Shown here: positions 21,877 through 34,200 of the stretch, in pieces
Numbering within the stretch: the stretch's first letter is position 1
How the letters are laid out: each line of letters starts with the position of its first letter
Assembly: GCF_018977255.1 (NCBI RefSeq)
Contig: NW_024705309.1
Coordinates: 1 to 55,317 of the forward strand
Length of the DNA stretch: 55,317 bases
Direction: 5' to 3'
From: Callorhinchus milii
Taxonomy: Eukaryota
The notes under the pieces: generated by a model
Told to the model about the DNA's origin: nothing
What the model saw: the letters and a program-made list of their open reading frames with translations, nothing else
Database searches by the model: none
Made by a program: the position numbers and the translations under genes

Positions 21877-22729
21877 GTTGCTGTTTTGCTGCCATTGCCA
21901 AAGCTGAATAAATTGGTAGGAATATATGCACTTGTGCAATTTGTACTTCAATACTTGATTTGCGTGTGTTTATGTATAGCTACTTGCTTGTGTTTTCTCG
22001 TTCTTGCTCTTACATCGTTTTGTGTTGTATTGTTTGTCGGGATAACTCGCTGACCAGCGCCCTCCTGGGCATCTGTTAAAAAGAGCTTCATAGCTCATCG
22101 GATTCCTCCAGGATACATATTCTGATGGTGATGTTTGTGGACTATTTTCGATTATCTCATGCAACACGGTTGTTTTTGCTCTGATTCATACTGACTTCAT
22201 TGCTGTACCTTGTTTCTTTTTTGGGGGGGGGGGAGGGGGGTTTGCCTTCCCATGTTACTCTTATAAACGAGACTTATTTGCATTCTTTGCATTTTTATAA
22301 TTTTATATTGTATATTATAGCTATTGTATATTTTAGATTTTAGTTTATTAAATGTTTACATACTTTAGCTCCTTAGTATTAGTTAGACGTGTACCTTTAG
22401 TATAGTTAGACTTGTAAACCACTTATTTAAGATTTAAGATTCCTAAATGTTGAATGTATGCACCTTCCGGCCAAAGTAAATTCCTTGTCTGTGCGAACTT
22501 TCATGGCGAATAAAACCCTTTCTGATTCTGATTATCCCTCGACGTCTTCTTTCGTACGGCTGCTGATGTAGACGCAGAGCAACGAATGCAATTTCACATT
22601 CATGTGTTCAAGCCCAGATAGCAGCGCCAGGAGCAGCAGAGTAGTATAATCGCTGTGATGTCTCCTACGTATGTGTGGATCGGATATTGCGTCGTTTTCC
22701 GTTGTACGGTCTGCTCTGGACGATCACAG

Positions 22730-22880
22730 TCAAGTTCAAGTTCATTTATTAGGTATAGCCCTGTGAGCCATTCGGCTCTTGAATCGGGTGCAACCGCAAC
22801 AAACAAAAAACAAAAACATGAACAAAAAACATCTTAAAGTGAATATGTGACTAAGTGCAAACAGAAAATCAAGAAAGACA
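22730..22880 (-). repeat. Second copy of the 20078-20225 repeat
   Basis: Direct sequence similarity. Confidence 0.7.
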
Positions 22881-23185
22881 GCAAAATATTGCAGAAAAAA
22901 ATCACCGTACACCAACGCTGTGTGCAAAAATCCCAGTGGGATGCAAGTCAAACAACCAACAACAACCACAAGTCGCACACTACTGGAGAGTTTTTAATGC
23001 TCCATGTGTGCATCAGGTATCCGCATCTACTGCCACGGTTGTGCATTGAATGCAGTTTTAGGTGGACCATGAGCTTCGTGGAAGATCAAACCCAGGCATC
23101 TTCTGCGTTGGGTCTTTCACAAGATGTGTGTTTGTGGGTCGTTATGAACTCCATTCAGCTCTACAAACTTCATCGGGGTTAAACT

Positions 23186-23315
23186 GAGTATTTGGCTGCT
23201 ATACATTTCGACATGATATGCCAGCCACTTTGCTGAGATATTATTTGTGGCCTGGTCGCTTCTGAAAAATAAGCTAATAGCTCAGTGGGCTTTACCTGGT
23301 AAGGTCAAAAAAAAT
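23186..23315 (+). mobile_element. V-SINE 3' half
   Basis: Matches 12344-12432 and the reverse complement of 3445-3560. Confidence 0.7.
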
Positions 23316-23609
23316 ATTTTCGTTTTATTTGTATACATTTACGAGATTTGTTTACCTTTCCTATACTTTGCACTCATATCGTTTATTTGTCTTGTTTGTT
23401 GTAATGTTCTGACCCGCACCTACTGAACATTTGAAAAAAAAATTGCTTAATAGAATTGCTTCATCCGGGATTCCTCCTTCCTCCTGCAACATATATAACA
23501 AAAAATTCTGATTCCGAAAAAAATTGGTAAGAAAGTACGTTTTTCAATGCACACACTTTTATTTACACTCAAAAGTAGAAAGTAAATTATTTTGACCCCG
23601 GAATTGATG

Positions 23610-23673
23610 AAATTTGATGTGCTCAATAAAAGTTGGTGGCTTGCCACCCACTTTTATTGAGCACATCAAATTT
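23610..23673. repeat. Near-perfect palindrome (31-bp arms, 2-nt loop, 1 mismatch)
   Basis: AAATTTGATGTGCTCAATAAAAGTTGGTGGC-TT-GCCACCCACTTTTATTGAGCACATCAAATTT. Confidence 0.95.
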
Positions 23674-23904
23674 GAGAGTAAACCCACAGTACAATACCCC
23701 AATTGCAAATGTTTACGTGACAAACCTTACTAATTGGCTGTGTCGGTGGTGGCAGGTTGAACGACACATTTATATTTACGCGATCTAACCCCCCCCCCAA
23801 AAAAACCCTCTTATGGATAATATTGATCGCGAAAGCCTACGAGATAAAGTTCACTCAAAGCTGACTCCGCGTGTAATAATTTAATAATAAACCCCGACAG
23901 AAAA

Positions 23905-24120
23905 TCGAGGGGCGTGGTCAACCCCAATATATGGGCGTGGTCACACCACGTTAGGAGGGGGGCGAGGCCGTGCACCGGTGACGTCACCGGAACACGAATG
24001 TCCATATAAGGAGCGCAGATTCGCGCATGCGCTCTGGGGCCCCGCGGGTGGATTTCGCGGGAAATTTGGCGGCACCGAGAGCTGAGAGGGGCGCTGTTTT
24101 TGTTTTCCCGCCCGCGGTGC
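23905..24120 (+). promoter_or_regulatory. CpG-rich Pol II promoter, probably of the MYB-family gene
   Basis: GGGCGTGGTC x2 (23910, 23933), CRE TGACGTCA 23979 inside a 16-bp palindrome, Ets CCGGAA 23987, CArG CCATATAAGG 24002, NRF1 GCGCATGCGC 24023, E2F-like TTTCGCGGGAAA 24053, TTTGGCGG 24065, TTTCCCGC 24104. Confidence 0.8.
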
Positions 24121-24425
24121 CCGGGCTCCTACGAAGTCCACTGGGAGGGGAAGCAGAGGGGGTTAGGCGGTGGGAAACACCGCGGGGGGATGGGGAGTTG
24201 GTGAGGAAGCTACTGCAGTCGTGCGAGTTTTTCGTTCGTTAAGTTTACCTCATTCGAGTCGCGGCACTGACGTTAGCGTACAACAAGCCGCTGTCTCGGT
24301 CCAATAAGGCGGTGTTTAAGTTCGTGTTTGTGTGTTACTGTCATCTTATTATTTTGTTCCATATTCGAGCAAGTGGTTGGCATATATAGGGCGTCAACCA
24401 GCCGCGACTTGTATCCTACTGAAAC

Positions 24426-24442
24426 ATGACGGAATACATAAG
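24426..24442 (+). CDS. MYB: Candidate first coding exon of MYB-family gene (MTEYI-S/R)
   Basis: AACATG start, AAG|GTGAGT consensus donor, phase 2. Vertebrate MYB first coding exons are similarly short and phase 2. No peptide similarity. Confidence 0.45.
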
Positions 24443-24458
24443 GTGAGTTTGCTCTCCT

Positions 24459-24665
24459 CGTCGGTCGTGGTCTGGATGCATCTGTCCTCACGCTGTCTCC
24501 ATGCCACGCTTGTTAAAGAGCATTACCATCGTCGGTCGTGGTCTCTCCACTGCTGGATGAAGGCTCTCACGCTGTCTCATGCCACGTGTTGTTATAGAGC
24601 ATTACCATCGTTGGTTGTGGTCACTTCACCGCTGTATGAAGGTCTCTCACGCCGTCGCCCATTGC
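24459..24665 (-). repeat. Tandem ~75-bp repeat derived from an RTE-like LINE 3' end
   Basis: About 2.5 units. Contains CCACTGCTGGATGAAGGC (reverse complement GCCTTCATCCAGCAGTGG, AFIQQW), also seen near 540, 2820, 19690, 53557 and 53815. Confidence 0.55.
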
Positions 24666-25073
24666 TCGCGTTTCATTCATTCCTTGCCGTAGCTTCCATC
24701 CCTCTCGTGTACATCATCATCATCGTCGTCGTAACACACTGACGTGTTTGTATAATCATCATCGTCGTCGTCGTCGGTGCTTGCTGTTGTGCAGTGGAAG
24801 TTGTGTCCCCCCGCCATGTCAATGTGGATGTTTACACCGCTGCTGGAGGAGAGAGGAGAGAGGTCATTCATTCAGCAGTGGAGTGAGAGTGGTGGTGATG
24901 ATGATGATGACAGCTGGTAAATGTTGGTGATGACAGCGAGTAAATGTTGGTGATTAGTGCTCGTAACACACTCGATGTGCTGCACTAGTAACGAATTGGC
25001 GTGTTCTGTTTAAGTGACGAACCTTACTAGTTGGCTGTGTAGGGTGGTGGCGGGTTTAACGACACATTTATAT

Positions 25074-25162
25074 TCTTGGGTCTTTCGGTAAAGTCACGTA
25101 GATATTTGTTTAGTTTTATATTTTTATTACTTTATTTCCCTTCTACGTGGCTTTACCGAAAA
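25074..25162. mobile_element. Short inverted pair of the Penelope-like terminal motif
   Basis: TTTCGGTAAAGTCACGTAGA ... TCTACGTGGCTTTACCGAAA. Confidence 0.65.
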
Positions 25163-25201
25163 GGGAAAGAATAAAATAATACATATAATTTTTTATTTGC
25201 G

Positions 25202-25231
25202 NNNNNNNNNNNNNNNNNNNNNNNNNNNNNN
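25202..25231. other. Assembly gap (30 N)
   Basis: Run of n. Confidence 1.
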
Positions 25232-28200
25232 CTGGGAGCGACGAGCGATGCCCAGTGAGGTACGGCGTCAGCGTGAAGCCGCCGTAGTGCCGCTGCTCCA
25301 CAGGGAACGGCAAGACGATCGGATACTGACAAGTCAGTTACCTTGAACGAAGGACGGGCACCCTCCAAGAAGATTATTCACTGCATCTCCTCGCCGTTAC
25401 ATACTAGACAGGGAAGACACCCAAGGTCAAGCCTGTATCCTAGGAGCTTGTTGGCCTGAACTATCCAGGTCACACGAGCACACGCTGAAGCGCCGACCGT
25501 AACGGACTTTATGCGTAGGGGAGAAATCTGGGACGCTACAAACCGTGTTCGAGATGCGGTGTATCAGCACAATTTGTAAGCTGTATAATATAAAGGCAAG
25601 AATAAGTCTAGTCTGTGAGGATATTAACGCTGGTTACAGTCGTGCCTGATTAGATCGAGAGGGCGGGCGGGAGCCTATTTATGTGGATCTTCACTAAACA
25701 GGATGTTCGGCTTTGGGTTCTGGGGGGACTCTTATATCCGTACAAGACCTCCCACTAATCCAGAGTCCCCTGATTTCTTAATTCCTCGCACTAGGGCTCA
25801 CTGTCGGAGGAGTTGGTCGGTAAAGCCCTACGCTCATAGAGTCGGGCAACCAGTCCAAAATGGCAGATACAAGGGCAACTCGAACCGGAATGCTCAAAGC
25901 AAGGAAGCACGTACCAAACTGTGCATAGACCATTTTACGTACCGCCGTGACGCGTTGTGTCTATATTACTGGGTGGTCCCGTAGTTCGGTCCACATGGGC
26001 AGCCCGCTGCTCGGCAGGATCCGGTTTGCACAAGTGTAGGCCTCAAGCTCATTCTACTGACTTTTGTCGTTCTGACCGATGATACAGGGCTGGTGCTCCA
26101 GTCTAACAACACAAGATCAGCCTGGGCGCGGGCGGTACCCGCAAGACCTGAAAACCTTTGAAACGCCCCAAGACTGCTTGTGAGGTTGCCACCCCTTGTA
26201 ATGTAATTGGTCATGCATGGACGTCCCATTGCCGTATTGTAAGGACAGAGAGACGCGAAGGGGGACTCGGCAGTCAAGATGGTGTATCTCGGATCCTTGC
26301 AAAGAGAATCAAGTTGACGCTTGTGTCACTGGGTCGATAGCATCGAAAGGGACAAAGGTCTACGCCACTAGCAAATTGCCTGTCAGAGGCCGGTTTTCAG
26401 CGGACGATAGTGTAATTCGTACCATCAAGACGCATCTAGGCGAATGGCAAGAGCGAGAATGTCTATTACGACGCGGTTCTAAAGTTTCGCGGTTTATGCA
26501 ACGGAGTGAGTAAGCCTAGTATTCATTCCAAGCAAACTTAACGCATAGGCAACCGCAGATTTCGTCAATTGTATCGGTTCAAGTTCCTGCCTCGCGGGAT
26601 GGTAGCGCCATTTTCTAGAGCAGTTGTAGGTCACGACACGCGGGAAGGTGTACGCCCGATGACCCCCCGGCAACACTGAAGGTTACTTCAGCATTTTACC
26701 ACCGCTGGAAGAAAACTTGAAGTGGCCCCAGACGAGGATTGTCATGATCGTGATAGGGACTCTCAACTCCTGTCTTGCCGTACCGCGCTATGACCAAAAG
26801 CAATGTCTCTTTATCCTACCCGTATGGCCGGCGCATGGGCCAAGAAGCCTAGCTAGTACGTATGACAAAAAAAGAAATTTTCCGTAAATGCATGTAGCCA
26901 TACGACGGCTACCAGGAGTAAGTAGGCTACTCCAAGAATTCGATAACTAATTGCCCCTCCTACTGTTTGCACTCGAACTAGATCAGGCCTCTATTACTTC
27001 CCCCACCGACATCGGAGGGGAGAGGAGTTACCGTGCTAAATAGTTTGCATGCGGGAAGTAAGTAAATAGTGGGGTTAAGCTGTCAGCCTAATCACGGCAG
27101 TGTGACCGACCCGTGCGTACGCAGGTATGCAGTCACGCTCCCCCATAATAAGCAAACGGACCTGGTCCATCCAACCCATGTCATCGATTTCCGGATACAC
27201 TTAGAGGTCTCAGTGGATTTCCTTGATGCGGCGGATACTTTGATGAATGGCAGTCGAGAGGACCTTCTCCACTCGGGAATAGCTCTGAGGGCGCGGCCAG
27301 TTGAGGTTCGCGTTTCGACTCGTTTATTATTCCCAAATACCGCGCTGGACGTTCAGATGCCAGGCCACACAAGGGGGTATCAGAAATTACATGTATCAGA
27401 TGGGGTCCTGACGCAACTTAACGTGAAACTCGGAAGTCCGTAAGGTCAAAAGTCGGCAACAACTTCTGTCCATTATTATGTCTAGAAATCTGAAATGAGG
27501 TTGTTTGCCCCGTGACAACGAATGGATTTACCTACACGCGATATGGAACAATCATTAACATGCCAGCGCTTACTGTAGAAATTATCGTTGCTGATCGGAA
27601 GCTAAGCAATGACTCAGCGATTCTCAGATGCGTCGACCGGGAAAGCACGGGCCCTGCACTGTTGAGCTGTTTATTTAGTATGGGAGCCAAACTTAATCGT
27701 ATGATAGCAACACAATCAGTATGGAAAGACCACGACTGCCCCCACATGTATTGTTAGAACGAGAAAACGCCGCCGAGAGGCAGAGCATTTAGAGGGGACG
27801 AACAAAGTAGCCCCTTGACTTAAAGCTTAAGGACGAGAAGATTTGGGTTCGCCATTCATCGAAAATGGTGTGTGTTTAGCAGAACGGCTCTCCAAAGGAT
27901 CTGTCACGGGTGAGATCTCGGTCAAGAGGCATATTGGTAGGTCAGCGGTCTACATAAACTAAGTTGCCGCTGCAAGTAGGCGGGGTTCAAAGCGTGGCTT
28001 CTGATGAAGAAATTGATTTAGGGTGGGCTAGATAATCTTTAAAGTACATCTGGAGGACCATTGTCCCCTCCTGTCCCTAGATTATTTGAGCAGCGCAGAC
28101 TCGTTGAACGTAGGATTGTACAATCAAAGCCACCTCTAAATTAACAAGCGTGTGCCCTGTAAGCTTGTAGAAGTGGGACTGAACACTCGAACAAGTCTTT

Positions 28201-31200
28201 CAGAAACACCACACATATGGGGACTCCCTCGCGATAGTCGGACTGGCGTTCAGAAAGTCCCCCCGTTGAGTCCAGCAGTCCAGGCTCGCCTATGGCGATA
28301 CATGCATCCCGATTTTACAGATCCTCGGACCCATACCCTGTGCTCATGCATACAGGATCTTGAGCTCCTGACGAGAATACATCAATCATCATGCTACGCC
28401 TGCCCGTCAGACGCATAGACCAGCTTATTTGCCTGTAGTAGTCTTGACACCAACCGCTCAAGTAGCGATAGGCCGTGTAACGAACTCTGTGTATGTGGAG
28501 CGCAGGAAAAGTGATGCCTTTCCTGCGTGATGAGCGAGTCGTACCCTACTGGGCGGGAACTGGTTGGTTTGACCCTGATGGGGAGGATATTTAGGGGAAG
28601 ATCTACCTTTTAACTCGGCCAGTACGATTTTAGTTGGACTAATGATCCTACGTCCTAGGGACAATTTTTATCCGCCCCTCATTTATACGCCAAATCTGGA
28701 GTGTTACCCAATTGGGATAGCCTCAAACTGGTAACGCTTAAGGGTCGGGCCATGGAGTAGTTCACACTGTATATTCCGTAAACTTGGAGAGTCGCACGTT
28801 AGGTCTACATGCCAAAGTATGAGCGAATTGTTCTTATCGTGGTCAGCGGGTCAGTTCCATGTGAAGTGTCGGGCCTTTACCAAAACAGGCACTTGCAGGG
28901 GCGGATTCCCCGGTAGCGTGAGGGTCTTACAGTTTGCTAACATCCGCGTGAAGACAGGAGGTCCGGAAATCATTGCTGCACTCAGTGCTCTGAAGTGTAA
29001 GCTACATAGGACTGTGAGCACTATCTTTGAACTCCGGGAGTCTATATTCAAGGCAGTAAATTGATGAACGAGGCCTCTCGTTGAAACAGTACAGATTAGT
29101 GTGGACCTCGCGGCAATCAATGACTCTTAGCGTTACAAATTGGACTTTTGGGCGGAGTATTTAACGCTTCTTGTCTGCGAAGCATCTGTTGCAGTAATCG
29201 GCTCATTGAGCTCCGTCTGGCTGCATCTCGGACTCCAGGCTTAATAGCTTGGTCCGTCAAAGAAAAACGTTCGAGCAGCGGAGCAACGGGATTGTAAGGT
29301 TGTTGCATCATTTGATAGATAGCCTTGTTCCACAGCAGCGCGTATTCGTCCCTAAAACTCATGGCCAGCTCCAGCTGACACAGCTTAGATGATAACCGCT
29401 AAGGCTTTCACACTACAAAAGCGCTCCAGCTAAAGTCCAGGATTTTCTAGCTGAAAGCGAAGTGGAGATTATCCGTGGTTAAATAGCGTGCTACGGGTGG
29501 GGGGAACCGGCAGCACATCATCGACTGGTACAAGATTGTCGCACCCCCCTATTTTACTAAGGGCCGCACACGGATAGACTAATGGGTCCTGCGCACGTGG
29601 GAATGTGCTGGCGGATGGCACTCCATCGATTGTGACCGGTAGGCTCCTTGTGTAACAAGGAGTGGAAACCAAGTTTCCGAACGTAGTGGTACCTCTCCTA
29701 TCACCCTGCCCAATCTATGTGCTTCATTCATATCTTGCGGACAACTCACGAGGTTTGCAAGTACTAGGTCCTGCCGTAGTAAATGCGCCAAACATAGACC
29801 CAGGTGTAATTCACATGAACTGAGAGAGGACTCCGGACAACGAATGGCCGACGTATGCATTACGCGCTTGGATTACAGTGTACATTTAAAAGGCCATATT
29901 CTCTTGGAAACGAGCGGCATATGAGCCAGAAGTCAATAGAAACCCCACCAGGCATTGTAAAATCTATCTGGACACAAATTTGATCCAGGTAGCTCTTAAG
30001 ACAAACGCTCATTTATACGTTGAGGTTGCCCATGGGATAGGCTCGCCCGCAGTAGTGCGAGAAGTCGCTAATACGGCACTAGTTCCGACGTGAGATGACT
30101 TGGCTCTGTCTTCCCAGATCATTACAACGAAGACAGGCAGATCCGCTAAAGAAGTGTATGCCAACCCGGACACAACTTCGTTTAATCAGTCGGATGCGGA
30201 TGCCGGCAAATCCATGCTGAATTTGTCACTGTAATGAACGAGAGGTTGCTCAACATGAAACTTAAATGGGCAAGGGAATTTTCCCACTTCCCATAAGAGG
30301 TAGTAACACCAGTTTCGGACTGCCTAGGTCAACTGTTAACAGGCCCATAACGCCCTGATTGACCTCACGCGCATACTGGATATGCATGTACGAAGGCGAC
30401 TTCTTTGGCATTACTACACTCGTTGGGCCTCTCTGTCGTTATCTCGCGCTGTGATCGGGTATAGATGAGTCACAAACGCCTGGGGTTGGCAAACCAAGAG
30501 CTACGCCATCGCAGGTCGGCGGACTTATTGGTACCGATCCTTACATTGTTAACTGTGAACCCGTTCAGCTGCGTGCTATACCGAAGACGGCTGTGCGGTT
30601 CGTTGTCATGTGTCGGAACCGGAAGATCCCCACGACTTCTGAAACGGTTGAGGGACCCTATATGCTACTCAGGTTAAATATGAACCGTATATGAAGTAGC
30701 CCCCTGAGCGGTTCCTCGCCCGTCATCGACACTTGGTATTGGCCGAGTTAGAATCTACTCGTAAACAGTATTTGCGTCACTGACCTTAGAGTCCAGTATA
30801 AAGGCTATCCACGAACAATTCCCATTCGAAAACTTTGGATCGCACATGCGGTATTCGATCTCTCACAGTTCGTATCGTATCTGCCGATGGGTGGTCCCCA
30901 GGCCTTCAGTCTAACACTGTACGATAAGGCTTTTTTGGCGGTACCACCCCTAATTCATCGTTGATAAAATGGCCATTGTGTGTTCTGAAGGTTTAGCTGC
31001 AGGTTCTTTGACGAACCACCTCTGGTGCACATTTTTCCCCAGGAACCCCCACGTACTGGTGACCCGTTTAACACACCCCAGATTATCGCAAAGAAACCTG
31101 AAGGAGAACTCGTATACGGAGGTACTTGGGGTAATCTTCTACTTATGAATGCAGATAAATGTCACGCTAGTGAAGCGCGTCGAGAATTTTTCAAGTCACC

Positions 31201-34200
31201 CAGTTCGATCACGTCACCGAAAGGCGTAGAGAATGTTGTCGGGGCATAGGTGCCAGGACCACTAACTGTGCGGCACGTGAATGACTCTCATTGAAGGCGT
31301 AAGATGACTGAACTCAAGGCATGAAACAATTAACCGCTTCGGCCCATGAATACTGAATCGGTAAATGAAGCCTCTACCCGCATATACCTCCATTTTTTCT
31401 GACTTGCCTGACGCGCCCCACATATTCTGCTATGGATAGTGTTTATCAGGAGCGGAGAGCGTCTCTAGGCGGGACTTAGTTGATATGTGCACGCATTCCC
31501 GGGCGCGAGAGGAATCAACAGTCCAACCAGTACGTGATTAATATGATGTTAAATGTGAATGCAATCACCTCATAGTAGGTTTCCCGTAGTTGCACATAGC
31601 ACGGACTTCTGTCCTTGTCGAGAGACTTAACGCATGATCACATTGCTCTACACGGCGCGGGAATAACGGTGAAGGCCGTTCGGGCGTTACATATATTAGG
31701 TAGTAAGGTCTGACTGGTCGGGTCAGGAGCTGCTGGAAGATTATAGCATAGAAGATCGCCTGATTCTAGTTGGGGACATAACTCCGTACAGCGGACCGAT
31801 CGGTTCTTGAATGTACAGAACGAAAGGTTTCCTTAACTACCCGGGACGACATTCACTAGTCATTGGTGTCTTCAGGAAGACCCACCGTCGGTTTCCTTGA
31901 AAGCTAGAAGCTCTTACTTTAAGAACTAGGTATGGACAACATCGACAATCAAACAGAATTTAGAAGTAGGGAATGCGCGAGAAGTTCAGCTGGTCTATGA
32001 TTTTGCGATCGTAGGACAACTAGGCATCTCCAGATGGTGACATTCGATAAACTACGCGACGAATTACTAACCTATAAAATAAGCAGACTTCGCCGTTCAA
32101 CGCGATAGTGTTGGGGACGGTGGCGTCAGCGAAGTCCGGTTCAACTGAGGCGCGCCTCCTGGCCCGGTGACTCACAGATAGGTCTGGAGGTACTCATAGG
32201 AAGAGACAAGGGTGTTGTTCATAATCTGTCGCACGGCTGTCGCTGCTTTACTCATCTTCGGCGGGACCGTGGTAAGAAAGTTTCTATATGAAGACATAGC
32301 TGCGTGCCAATTGATGAGGACTACCAAGGATTCCCAGTGTCTGTAACAGCGGCTACTGTCATCTTAAGTCGGCCATGCCTCTTACCAAAGTACCTAGCCC
32401 GCGTGTGGGGCAGAAACATTTTACCCTGGGAGATGACGGCGCCGTTACTTTGTGTTTGTAAGTCATATATGTTGGCCTTAGTGATTTTCATATTATGTGG
32501 TAAGAATCACACACCCAAGCAAAAGCCAGAGTCAGAAAGCGACAATCAAAAAGATACGCCACCGTCAATAATGCGAGCGTGACTTCTGAGCTAAGGTAAT
32601 ACTTAGGCGCCGCAAGAGTCCGATACACTTTATGATTGTAGTATTTCAGACTATGATGTTTTGAGGGGGCATATGATCGAAGGGTTTTCCTTTGTACAGG
32701 TATAGGTGAACTAACCGTTGGACACCCTATACAGGGGAGAGGCAGTTCCATGTTTAGACGGTGAGGGCTGCTTTGCTATCAGATGGTTGGTGCGTTGCGT
32801 TGTAATGAGATGCGAATATAATATACCTGTTATCCTCCCTTTATCGTCTTATACAGCGTCAGTCAATAGTCAATTCCGTTGCCACCCGTCTATGGTCGTT
32901 AGAGCTCATGATCCTTGGCAGTGTGATAGACAGGCTCCAAAAGTATGGCGAGATAAGGGTTGATCCCCTGAATGTTACAGACAAAAAGTGATGCCAATTA
33001 CACTAAAATTCGTTTTTGGCCGGGGAATAGCAGTGCTCGCGGACGTCGGTAGAGGAGTAAAATGTAATGACAGACGACAGTGTGCGACTGTGAGCTAAAA
33101 AAGTTGTAAGGTATCCAGATTACTCAGCATCTGCGAATATAAAACTTGGACTGGCGGGAACGCTATAACAAGCTCTATAGATGATCTTCGCAGTAACTAT
33201 ATAGATTTCGGTTCACAAGATTGTTAGACAAGAGGATAAAAGAGTACCCTGTTTACATGGTGCGATCCCGCAGTGTAGCTATGAACCCCCCCGAGTCTAT
33301 TGAATTCCCTCTGTTTAGTGCTACGAGGGATAGATATGATGGAGTGTGTGGCAGGGATAGGTTTGGCGCGGTATAGTGAAACGGTCTAAGACGTTAGAGG
33401 CACATTCGTTTGGTGTCCTATAAGTACCTCTGACACAAGCATCCGTTTTCATTAGTTGCTCGGCCGCTATTATCAAGAAACACCCAATGTTGGAGAGGTA
33501 TAAATTAGGGGCGTGACTCCCCTCGTCCCACCCACCGTTCAAACGCTTACAGGTTCAGGCTCAGGCCATTTCAGGGTTAGCAATGATACGGTTATGATGG
33601 ATAAAACATAAACTATCGTGTTCGTGCGTTCTAGGTTCGACATACTTAGGATTTCGCAGGTGATGTCCTGTTCCTTGGCACGAAAGATACTTAGTGGACC
33701 ACGAGGGGACAATTTGAGAACATCTGACACCTCACCGGGGTACGAACGCCTACGTTCGGAATCATGATGATCGCAGCTTAGAGTGCGCTTGAGGCGGGAC
33801 CAAGAGTCTCACTTGTCATGATGAACCTCCTGTGCTATACGCTGGCAGACCTAGCTGGTGGCCTACCGAGGATACAGGACAACACCCGTAGCATAGAAAG
33901 ATCTAGCGAGGGAAATCACGGATAGATGGGATTGTGCCAACAAGGTCCAATCCCGTACTGTACAGGGCCTTCGGGCTGTGCGGCGCCTACATATACACAA
34001 GCTGCTGCACGTGTGTGTACTATTTACCGGGGGTCCAATACATAGGGCGAGCTGTTGATCTATTCTCGCCTTGGTTTACGAGTGGATGGATCACGAACGC
34101 AGGACGATCATATTACATATGTCACGTCTAAGAAGTATCCGGCTAAGCTTACCGCAGACTATGTTAGTGCTATGGGTTGACAGGGTGATAGATGGTCTGC

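Noticed and set aside
24426..24446. RAS-like N-terminus (ATGACGGAATA, MTEY)
   Set aside because: Similarity ends after four codons. A splice donor or stop follows and there is no KLVVVGAGGVGKS.
25232..25320. GC-rich minus-strand reading LPFPVEQRHYGGFTLTPYLTG next to the gap
   Set aside because: No recognisable homology or splice sites. I cannot tell whether it is genuine sequence or the start of the random block.
27220..28595. Peptide KYPPHQG shared by two minus-strand ORFs
   Set aside because: A 7-residue match among all six frames of 26 kb is expected by chance and does not extend
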